Source: Okamejei kenojei (taxonomy: Eukaryota). Taken from it: DNA of 64,000 nucleotides. Within the stretch, counting starts at the first letter, position 1. Each line of letters opens with the position of its first letter. A program made the position numbers and the translations under genes. Below, piece by piece: positions 12,036-22,600 of the stretch. Under the pieces are notes generated by a model, which saw nothing but the letters and a program-made list of their open reading frames with translations, was not told the origin of the DNA and made no database searches. The stretch is from contig CM069142.1 of the NCBI GenBank assembly GCA_035221665.1, positions 744,001 to 808,000 of the forward strand, in the 5' to 3' direction.

Positions 12036-12593
12036 GTGTCATTTCCGTTTGATTATATGGCTTCCACTTGTTCGCTTTGGCTTCTCGTCCTTCGATGCCC
12101 ACACACAGCTGTATCTATATTAACAGACGTATTGGTGATATTTACCATGGAATTCCTGCAGAAAGAATCCTATTGACATATTTCACAAGAGAAATATCTC
12201 GGAAATATTAGATTTTAATATATTTCTGTTTCAATCGTCTGTGCGGAGATTGCCTGTTTTAGCTGTGACCACGTGGGTTTCCTCCGGGTGGTCTGGTTTG
12301 TAATTCGATTGATCCCTGCACGTTGCTTCTAGTGTGTAGAGAGAGTGGATGTGAAAGTGGGACAATATAGAATTGGTGTGAGCGGGTGATCGATGGGCAG
12401 CGATGGACTCGGTGGGCAGATGCACCAGGTTCTATTCTGTTTCTCTAAACAGAATGAAACTAAACTAAATACATGTTTAATGATGCATTTACTGAAATGA
12501 TGATTATATTAACGTAACATGCATTAGTCATGATTATATTTGTAATTCATTGGAGCATAGCTTTGATTTCACATTTCAATTGTTATTTTCAAG

Positions 12594-12695
12594 GATTCCT
12601 TAAGTATTATTTCATCCTACTGAGTCTGATCCTAATAGTACCAATATGCGTCTGGATCGTGTATAATTATCACAGTAAATTGAAGAAAGAAAAAG
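12594..12695 (+). CDS. Exon 4: transmembrane segment FLKYYFILLSLILIVPICVWIVYNYHSKLKKEK
   Basis: Acceptor ttattttcaag|, donor AAAG|GTAATG, 102 nt, phase 1-1. About 20 uncharged hydrophobic residues followed by a basic stop-transfer cluster. Confidence 0.85.
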
Positions 12696-12904
12696 GTAAT
12701 GTATACATTCTTCATTTTAATTTTGTAATTTTAACTAAAAACTGAGCATTTAAAGTGAATATTGTCTTTTCTTGGTTCTTGGTTCTTGGTTCTTGGTTCT
12801 TGGTTACTTGGTCCTCCAAAATATTCCAACTGGAATTTAAACTGGAGGTGGTGAAGGGAATGTCTTTAGTTCCCAGAGAGATTTACATAATTTAAACACA
12901 ATTA

Positions 12905-13205
12905 GGGCAACACAGTGTTGAAGCTTGTAGAGCTGCTGCCTCACAGCGGGTTCAATCCTGACTGGGTGCTGACTGTGTGGAGTTTGCACGTTCTCCCTGT
13001 GACTGCGTGGGTTTCTTCAGAGTGCTCCAGTTTCCTCTCACATCCCAAAGATGTTTTGGGTTTGTAGGTTAATTTGGCCCTCTGTAAATTGCCCTAAGTG
13101 TGTAGGGAGTGGCCGAGAAAGTGGGATAACATAGAACTAGTATGATCGATGGTCAGCATAGACTCGTTGGGCTGAAGGGCCTGTTTCTGTCCTGTATCTG
13201 AAGTA
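12905..13205 (+). mobile_element. HE1-type tRNA-derived SINE
   Basis: tRNA-like head (GGGTTCAATCC B-box), conserved body TGTGGAGTTTGCACGTTCTCCC and CR1-like 3' end GGGCTGAAGGGCCTGTTTC. Related copies at about 5900-6130(-), 12235-12460, 13433-13700, 14300-14590(-), 22288-22570, 24899-25130, 26740-27025(-), 27480-27720(-), 27895-28190, 30045-30345(-), 37515-37770(-), 56462-56715, 58920-59105, 61040-61266(-) and 61830-62430. Confidence 0.8.
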
Positions 13206-13232
13206 CACTAAATATTCATGATATTTTTATAG

Positions 13233-13300
13233 ATTCATCTGTCCATGACACAACTGTTGATATTCAAAGAATGAGAAAACGAAAGAACTCAGTAAATGAG
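13233..13300 (+). CDS. Exon 5: cytoplasmic linker DSSVHDTTVDIQRMRKRKNSVNE
   Basis: Acceptor atatttttatag|, donor GAG|GTGAGT, 68 nt, phase 1-0. Open, and bridges the phases of exons 4 and 6. Confidence 0.8.
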
Positions 13301-16039
13301 GTGAGTAATTTAGTTTGATATTTACCCTTATGTTGCGTGCACGATGCTCTAATGTACACTGAGGTATTGTCAGCTTATATGAACTGATTCATCAGCACTA
13401 TTGGATGTAATGGACTAATAACACAAGCCATTTGGCAGCAAGGTGGCGCAGCGGTAGAGTTGCTGCCTTACAGCACCAGAGACCCGGGTTTGATCCTGAC
13501 TACGGGTGCTGTCTGTACGGAGTTTGTAAGTTTTCCCTGTGACCTCGTCGGTTTTCACCGGGTTCTGGCTACTCATTCTCCAAAGGCGTACAGGTTAATT
13601 AGCTTCTGTAAAAATTATCGCTAGTGTGCAGGATAGTGCTAGTGCAGGGGTTAATCGCTGGTCGGCGCAGACTCGGTGAGCCGAAGGACCTGTTTCTCTA
13701 ATATATCTGCAGTTCCTTGTGTCAGCAAACCCAAATGGTCACTCTACTTTACCGATCGAGAGAATTTTTCAATGCATTTAACTTGTTTGCCCTGTTTGCT
13801 TCCATCAGCTGGAATTAAACTGCCAACAAAGTGAGATCCATATTCCAAAGCACACTTCCTCTTCAAGGAAGCCTTGTGATCAACTGCATACCAGCCATTT
13901 GACATTGCTCGTGTAATGAGTTTCGTTGTTAATAACCAGTTGAAGAAGTGATGCTGCTACTAATTTGCATTGGATTTCATTCTTTTCAACTAAATCTCCT
14001 ATGCGTAAAATGACCTCAAGTGCCTGGTTTACACAAAATAGTGACTGCAGGGTCATTTACCCAGGATAGGGAAATCTGGCTGTTTTATTAAAACATTTTG
14101 TCTTTTTTTCCAAGCCACCATCTGCAGTTCCTTGCGTATTTATTAAAGAAGTACAGTTCTGTTACTTTTTTTATTCTTCTACTCTGTGAACTTGGAGTAT
14201 AATCCAGGGTCTCATTGCCCTCAATGTTATTTCTCACTTCTTCAAGTGTATATCCTACCGTTGATGAAATGACATATCTTGACCAAGTCTGGTTAGACTT
14301 TCAAGATACATTCAAGAAACAGGCCTCTTGGCCCTCCGAGTCCGCTCCGACCAGCAATCACCTCTTACACTAGCGCTAACCTACACACTAGGGACATTTT
14401 ACAAATTTACCAAAGCTAATTAACCTACAAACCTGTACATCTTTGGAGTGTGGGAGGAAACTGGAGCATCTGGAGATCCCGCGCGATCAAGTGGAGAACA
14501 TATAAACTTTGTACAGACAGCACATGTAGTCGGGATTAAACCTGGGTCTCTGGCGCTGTGAGGCAGCAACTCTACCGCTGCGCCAATGTGCCCCCCTATC
14601 ATGCACCTTTTTGCACATGACATTAGTTGCACTCCGCAGACTCACGTTCACCTCTGTATCATTTTACACACACAAATCCTGATAGCGCGAGACAAACAAA
14701 ATAGCTGTTAATCTTGTCCTTTTAGAGTTGGTCAGACACCAGGTCACATTGTCAGATTATAGCAGGCACAGATATTCCCTACACACTGGGGGCAATTTAC
14801 AGAAGGCCAATTAATCTACAAACCCGCACGTCTTTGGGACATGGGAGGAAATTAGAGCATGGATGAATGAATTAATTCTGCCCGGTATCTTTCCCTGGAT
14901 TCCTCGTACTGAATGTGCAGCAGCTGAAAGTGATGGGGGTGGGTTTTCTCCTTAAACAGCTCAGTGAGTGGTCGGATGAGTTTTAGCAGTTGGATGTCAC
15001 TTCAGTAATATGTGAATTGCCAGCGTAAAGTTTTCTGATTCTAGCAATATTCCACCGTCATATCACACTGTCCCCTACCAACAACAATCCCATCAGAACC
15101 ACCCTAACTGAGGTCATCTGTTGCTGGCCCTGATTTGGCCCGATCTTTTCTTACTTCCATTTCCACATCCCTACTCCTCCCCCCCCCTCCTCCCCCCTTC
15201 CTCAGTCTGAAGAAGGGTCCCATCCCAAAACGTCACTTATTCACCACACAGACATGAGACTCATTGACTTTCTCCAGCACTTCGTGTCTATCAATGAGAT
15301 TAAATCGTGGCCAGGGTGGGTCTCTGATGATATTGGTTCACTTTTTGAGGCAGTGCCTCCTGCAGATTACTCCGATGTTGGGGAGGTCTGTTCCTGTGAT
15401 GGACTAGGCAGTGTCCACCTTTCTTTGTAACCTGCTTCATTCCTGGGAGATGTTGGCAGTGATATCAGTGAAACAGAAATTGCCCACAAGTGTCACATGC
15501 CCATCGATCACTGACTAGTCCATGGACACACACATCCACACTTTAGCTTTTGCCCATTTGGTGTTTACTAATCAAATTCTTTATTGATTTTCACATGACT
15601 TTTCAACATAGAGCATTTATACCTCATTAGATTCAGCTAAAAATAAAATGACCATAAGATCATCAGACATAGTAGCAGAATTAGGTCATTCAGCCCATCG
15701 AGTCTGCTCCGACATTCACTCATGGCTGATCTAATTTTCCCTCTCAACCAATTCTCCTGCCTTCTCCCCGTAATCTTTGACACCCGTACTAATGAAGAAT
15801 CTATCATTCCCCGCTTTAAAATTATCCAATGTCTTGGCCTCTACCACTGTCTGCGCTAATGAATTCCACAGATTCACCACCATCTGGCTAAATAAAATCC
15901 TCTCATCTTCATTCTATTGTTTTCCTCAATTTTCTAAAGTTCTAAAACTCTCCTCTTTGCCAATTCTAACATGAAGAATAAAATGTTTATAACAATAAGG
16001 TGAATGTATGCAGAGAAGATTTAATTGTTTTTTTTTTTT

Positions 16040-16248
16040 ACAATTACAGCACGGAAACAGGCCCTCTCGGCCCTTCCAGTCCGTGCCGACCATTTGTTTT
16101 CCCCTAGTCCCATCTACCTGCACTCAGACCATACCCCTCCATTCCCTTCACGTCCATATACCTATCCACTTTACTCTTAAATGTTAAAATCAATCCTGCC
16201 TCCACCACTTCTGCTGGAAGCTCATTCCACACAGCCACCACCCTCTGA
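16040..16248 (-). mobile_element. Young CR1 LINE 3' fragment, in intron 5
   Basis: Reverse complement of the CR1 3' end seen at about 54080-54285. Confidence 0.9.
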
Positions 16249-16579
16249 GGGTGGTGGCTGTGTGGAATTTATGATTATGAATTTACAATTATGTTGCCAG
16301 GACCTGAGGGCCTGAGCTGTTGGGAGAGGTTGGATAGGCTAAGACACTATTCCTGAAGCACAGGAGCATGTGGCGATATTATAGATGTATAGAAAATCAT
16401 GATGGGAATAGGTGAGTCTTTTACCCAGAAAAGGGAATTGGGAAATAGAAGGCATATATTTAATGTGAGAGGGAAAAACCTGCGGGGCAACTTTATCACT
16501 CAGAGGGTGGTGGGTATATGGAACAAGCCACCAGAGGAGGTAGTTGAGGCAGGGACTATAGCACCATTTAAAAGATATT

Positions 16580-16800
16580 TGGACAGGTACATGGACATGT
16601 GCATGGACAGTTGCATGGACAGGTGCATGGACAGTTGCATGGACAGGTGCATGGACAAGTGCATGGACAAGTGCGTGGACACATACATGGACAATACATG
16701 GACAGGTACATGGACAGGTACATGGACAACTGCATGAACAGGTGCATGGACAGGTACATGGATGGGTGCATGGACAAGTGCATGGACAGGCGCATGGATA
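16580..16800 (+). repeat. 12-bp minisatellite (CATGGACAGGTG/A)n inside an old CR1 3' fragment (16290-16920)
   Basis: About 18 tandem variant units, each containing ATGGAC or a near variant. Confidence 0.9.
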
Positions 16801-16987
16801 GGAAAGGTTTGCAGGGACGAGAGCCAAACACGGGCAAATGGGACAAGCTTAGATGGGGCATCTTAGTCAGTGTGGACAAGTTGGGCCGATGGGTCTGTTT
16901 CCATACTGTATAATTCTATGATATGAACTCTATAACACTAATATTTACCAGTGAGTCTTATTGTTACTTATTATTTTTGTGTTACAG

Positions 16988-17134
16988 GATAATGTTTCAA
17001 TAAACAAAGAAAATCTGCATTATGCGCCTGTTTATTTCAACAAGGGACAGCAAAGACAGGAATTGAGATGGACCGAGCAATCCCAAGAAACAGAATATGC
17101 CATCTTAAAGGTCAAAGATAAAAGTAATTTATGA
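16988..17134 (+). CDS. Exon 6 (terminal coding): DNVSINKENLHYAPVYFNKGQQRQELRWTEQSQETEYAILKVKDKSNL*, with ITIM and ITSM-like motif
   Basis: Acceptor ttatttttgtgttacag|, phase 0. LHYAPV at 17015-17032 fits [ILVS]xYxx[LV]; TEYAIL at 17090-17107. TGA at 17132-17134. Confidence 0.88.
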   Translation, partial: DNVSINKENLHYAPVYFNKGQQRQELRWTEQSQETEYAILKVKDKSNL

Positions 17135-17457
17135 AGAACCCATAACCCAGAGTAATAATTTGTCCGTCTTCAATGAGACCACAAACTGATAATTATCATA
17201 AAACCACACACTCTTCTCACAAACAATATACGTAGAATATAAGAAACAGAAACTAGAGGCCATAGCATGGCTTCTGAAACTTACTTCTCTATTCAATTAC
17301 TTTCCTTGAGCTCAAACCCAATTTATCTTAGTGACTGGGCATTGATCGCCTTCTGAGAGTTCCAAAAGTTTAGCTTTATTATTGTCATGTGTAGCGAGGT
17401 ACAGTGAAAAGCTTTGTTTTGCATGTTATCCAATCAAATCAGATACTATTATACATA

Positions 17458-19696
17458 CAGTGGCTTGCAAAAGTATTCATACCCCTTGAACTTTTCCACA
17501 TTTTGTCACGTTACAACCACAAATGTAAATGTATTTTCTTAGGATTGTATGTGATAGACCCCAACACAAAGTGGCGCATAATTGTGAAGTGGAAGAAAAA
17601 TGATACACGGTTTTCAAATCTTTTTACAAATAAAAAACTGAAAAGTGTGGCGTGCAAAAGTATTCAGCCCCCTTTACTCTGATACCCCTAAATAAAATCC
17701 AGTGCAACCAATTGCCTTCAGAAGTCATTAATTAGTAAATAGTGTCCACTTGTGTGTAATCTAATCTCAGTATAAATACAGCTGTTCTGTGAAGGCCTCA
17801 GAGGTTTGTTAGAGAACATTAGTGAACAAACAATGTTCCTTGGGCATCATGAAGCCCAAGGAACACACCAGACAGGTCAGGGATGAAGTTGTGGAGAGGT
17901 TTAAAGCAGGGTTAGGTTATAAAAAAATATCCCAAGCTTTGAACATTTCACGGAGCACTGTTCAATCCATCATCCGAAAATGGAAAGAGTATGGCACAAC
18001 TGCAAACCTACCAAGACATGGCCGTCCACCTAAACTGACAGGCCGGGCAAGGAGAGCATTGATCAGAGAAGCAGCCAAGAGGCCCATGGTAACTCTGGAG
18101 GAGCTGCAGAGATCCACAGTTCAGGTGGGAGATTCTGTCCACAGGACAACTATTAGTCGTGCACTCCACAAATCGGGTCTTTATGGAAGAGTGGCAAGAA
18201 GAAAGCCATTGTTGAAACAAAGCCATAAGAAGTCACATTTGCAGTTTACCACAAGCCATGTGGGGGACATAACAAACATGTGGAGAAGGTGCTCTGGTCT
18301 GATGAGACCAAAATTGAAGTTTTTGGCATAAATGCAAAACGCTATGTGTGGTGGAAAACTAACACTGCACATCACCCTGAACACACCATCCCCACTGTGA
18401 AACATGATGGTGGCAGCATCATGCTGTGGGATGCTTTTCTTCAGCAGGGACAGGGAAGCTGGTCAGAGTTGATGGGAAGATGGATGGAGCCAAATACAGG
18501 GCAATCTTGGAAGAAAACCTGTTAGAGTCTGCAAAAGACTTGAGACTGGGGTGGAGGTTCACCTTCCAGCAGGATAACAACCCTAAACATACAGCCAGAG
18601 CTACAATGGAATGGTTTAGATCAAAGCATATTCATGTGTTAGAATGGCCCAGTCAAAGTCCAGACCTAAATCCAATTGAGAATCTCTGGCAAGACTTGAC
18701 AATTGCTGTTCACAGACGCTCTCCATCAAATCCGACTGAGCTTGAGCTATTTTGCAAAGAAGAATGGGCAAAAATTTCAGTCTCTAAATGTGCAAAGCTG
18801 GTAGAGACATACCCCCATTGTTGAAACAAAGCCATAGGAAGTCACGTTTGCAGTTTGCCACAAGCCATGTGGGGGACATAACAAACATGTGGAGGAAGGT
18901 GCTCTGGTCTGATGAGACCAAAATTGAAGTTTTTGGCATAAATGCAAAACGCTATGTGTGGTGGAAAACTAACACTGCACATCACCCTGAACACACCATC
19001 CCCACTGTGAAACATGATGGTGGCAGCATCATGCTGTGGGGATGCTTTTCTTCAGCAGGGACAGGGAAGCTGGTCAGAGTTGATGGGAAGATGGATGGAG
19101 CCAAATACAGGGCAATCTTGGAAGAAAACCTGTTAGAGTCTGCAAAAGACTTGAGACTGGGGTGGAGGTTCACCTTCCAGCAGGATAACAACCCTAAACA
19201 TACAGCCAGAGCTACAATGGAATGGTTTAGATCAAAGCATATTCATGTGTTAGAATGGCCCAGTCAAAGTCCAGACCTAAATCCAATTGAGAATCTCTGG
19301 CAAGACTTGACAATTGCTGTTCACAGTCGCTCTCCATCAAATCCGACTGAGCTTGAGCTATTTTGCAAAGAAGAATGGGCAAAAATTTCAGTCTCTAAAT
19401 GTGCAAAGCTGGTAGAGACATACCCCCAAAAGACTTGCAGCTGTAATTGCAACGAAAGGTGGTTCTACAAAGTATTGACTCAGGGGGGCTGAATACTTTT
19501 GCACGCCACACTTTTCAGTTTTTTATTTGTAATAAAATTTGGAAACCATGTATCATATTCCTTCCACTTCACAATTATGCACCACTTTGTGTTGGTCTAT
19601 CACATAAAATCCCAATAAAATACATTTACGTTTGTGGTTGTAACGTGACAAAATGTGGAAAAGTTCAAAGGGTATGAATACTTTTGCAAGCCACTG
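17458..19696 (+). mobile_element. Tc1-family (DD34E) DNA transposon with long IR/DR terminal repeats and TA target duplication
   Basis: TA|CAGTGGCTTGCAAAAGTATTCA...TGAATACTTTTGCAAGCCACTG|TA. TIRs of ~215 bp carry an inner repeat GCAAAAGTATTCA. Transposase remnants lie inside. Confidence 0.97.
17849..19478 (+). pseudogene. Tc1 transposase, frameshifted, with duplicated catalytic domain
   Basis: Paired-like HTH with GRP, then [14 protein letters not shown] and SPDLNPIE (34 residues between D and E). The C-terminus ...GGSTKY* follows a +1 slip. Confidence 0.92.
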
Positions 19697-22600
19697 TACA
19701 CCTGTAAATTAAGTCAAATACAATAGGTAGAGCAAAGGGGAAGATACAGAGTGCAGAATGTAGTTCTCAACGTTGCAGCGAATCAGTCCAATGTCCGCAA
19801 TGGGGTAGAGGTGAATTGTACAATACCCTAGCTTATGAAAGGACCGTTCGGAAGCCTGATAACGGAGGGGAAGAAGCTGTTCCTGAATCTGGTGCGCATT
19901 TTCAAGCTTCTGTACCTTCTGCCTGGGGAGCAGGGAGAAAAAGGAATGACCGGGGTGGGGCAAGTCTTTGATTATGTTGCCTGCCAATCCGATGAACCCC
20001 ACACCTCTACTTTCAGAAGAAGGGTTCCGACCCAAAACATCACCTATTTTTTTTGCTCCAGAGACCCGCTGAGTTACTCCAGCACTTTGTATCTATCTAG
20101 AGCTGGGTCACACTGAAGATGGGTCTTGCCCTAAAATATCACCCATCCATGTTCTCCAGAGATGTCGCTTTGATAAATATCAAGTATTTTGGGTGCTTGA
20201 CGAAATGAACGATTTCTGCTTCTGTAAAAACTGCTTGTCATCTTTTTCAAAATCTGTAAAGACCATGAGGATTATGGCCTGGGAAGGGGTTGAATAGAGG
20301 TTGATGTCCAGATGGCCTTTAATTGTTAATATGTATGAGATTTTGCAGAAGGAGCTAGGTCCTGTAGGAGAATATTTCTTTACCTAACAGAATTGTTTCC
20401 CCTATCGATAATTGGCTTGTCGGGGTTGCCCCCTCCATGTATTTTCGTGCCAAGGGTCTATAAAGGTATAAAAGAGGGGAGAGCACATTGGGGTGTGCTG
20501 ATCTTCTGCGGTTTGTTCTATTTGCATGAGGCTGTTGGGCTCAAAAAGTAGAGACAAGGATCAGACTGATGGTATTGGATTAGGTATTGTATTTTGATTG
20601 TGTAATACATTTTCAGTGCTCTTATTCGGGGTTTGACTGAGGGGGGTAAGTTTAGGAACCGGAATTACAGCTTGACTCTTTCTCAGTTTGAAGGAGTGTC
20701 CTGACCCGAAACATTGCCTGTCCTTCTTCACCAGAGATGCTGCCCGTCTTGCTGAGTTACTCCAACATGATTAGTCCGGCTGATTATTGATACTTTAAAT
20801 TCTTAACATGCATGTTGTCAAATGAATTCATTGGACCTTTACATGCTTCATTCTGTTGTATTTTAAAATTACAGTCCATTAAAGTCATAGAGTGGAAATA
20901 GGCCATTTGGCCCATCTTGTACATGCCGATCAAGTTGACATACTGGGCTAGTCCCATAAGCCTGCACTTGGCCCATAGGCTTCCATACCCTTCCAATCCT
21001 ATTAATAAATATATTTTAGATTTAACAATATTCATTGCAGTCCCCCCTTTGATTAAGAAGGAACAAGGAAAAGATCAGAAGGATAAGATGGCCATTAATC
21101 TCTTGTGCCTGGTCCTCCACTGAAGAGGATCTTTGGTGATCATTCACCTCAGCCCCATCTTGCCGGATACACTCAGTTATTGACCTCCTTTGACCCTCTA
21201 GGTGAGTGAATTCTAATGATTCCCGATTATTTGGGCAGCTATGCATTTTTCACACGTTATGTAAAATCAAACTGGAGGAACATATTCTGCTTGGGTCGTA
21301 GACAATCCAACAGTTGAACTTTGAATCCTCCAATTGTAAGTTATAAAGTCCTTTCCCTGCACCCCACCCCCCTTCTTTTTCCTGTGCCCCTTCTCTTTCC
21401 ACCTTTTACCCATTTACCCTTTCCCCCTATCCCAGCGAGCACCCACTTCTCCCACTATTACTCTATCGTTTTCCATCTACCCACCACACCCATCCCCCTT
21501 CCACCCTCAACCTGGGCTTTACATTTCACTCCTTTACTCTCCTTACCTGACACTCTTTTGTCTCCTTTCAAAGTCTAAAAGTCTTAAAGTATAAATCCCA
21601 CTTCCCCCCCACCACCACTCTTTTCCAGCTTTCTCTCTCCACCCTCCCCCAAATTACAACTAGTCTGAAGGAGGGTCTTAGCCCAAACCGCTGCTTGTCC
21701 ATTGCCTCTCCGTACGCTGCCTGTCCTGCTGAGTTCCTCCAGCACATTGTGTTTTGTTCCAGGTTCAATCGTCTTGCAGACCACAGTTCCTTGTGTCATC
21801 AAAATTAACATCCATCTTTCTTTTTTTTAATGGAGTTTTCCTGTCAGAGAGGTTGATACAGGGATTTAGATTGTGGGGATAATTTTCACTTTTACCTGGC
21901 ACTGGAGAAAACAGGAGCAATAGACCGCGGAATCTAACACGGCAATAGTTTGTTCTGTTTACCACTGTATCTCTAGTTGGTCAGATCTGTGGTCAGATCA
22001 ATTCCAGACTACTGCTTCAAAACATGCGCAAGCCATTACAATAAATTACGCAGAAGCAAACAGGGTGATATTTACTCATATTTTGCAATCACCCTCTGCT
22101 CCCACCACATCCTGCCCCTGAACATCACCACCCAGCTTAGTTCACTTTAGTTTCGTTTATTGTTAAGTGTACCAAGATACAGTTAAAAGCATTTTTTGTT
22201 GTGTGCTAACCAGTCAGCAGAATGACAATACATGATTCCAATCATGTCTTCCACAGGGTAAAGGGAATAATGTTTAGTGCAAGATTTGGGCGGCACGGTT
22301 TCACAGCTGTACAGTTGCCGCCTTACAGCGCCAGAGACCCGGGTTCGATCCTGACTATGGGTGCTGTCTGTACGGTGTTTGTATGTTCTCCGTGTGACTG
22401 CATGGGTTTTCTAAGGGCGTCCCACATTCCAAAGACGTGCAGTCTGTTGGTTAATTGGCTTCTGTAAATTGGCCCGAATTAGTAGGATAGAACTCGTATA
22501 CATACCTGTGTTGACTGGCGCAGACTCGGTGGCCGAAGGTCCTGTTTCCACGCTGTATCTCCAAACTAATCTAAAGTCCTGTAAAGTCCAGTTAAGGATA

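Noticed and set aside
13433-13510. tRNA genes at SINE heads
   Set aside because: A/B-box-like heads continue into SINE bodies, and no complete cloverleaf is evident.
16339-16913. Cys/His-rich metallothionein-like ORFs
   Set aside because: They are translations of the 12-bp minisatellite.
1527-17134. Assigning a gene symbol such as SIRPA, NCR3, PDCD1 or TAPBP
   Set aside because: Each matches only part of the architecture, and orthology cannot be established without searches.
20230-20660. Possible minus-strand L1/Tx1 ORF2 C-terminal remnant
   Set aside because: Too decayed to support from motifs by eye.
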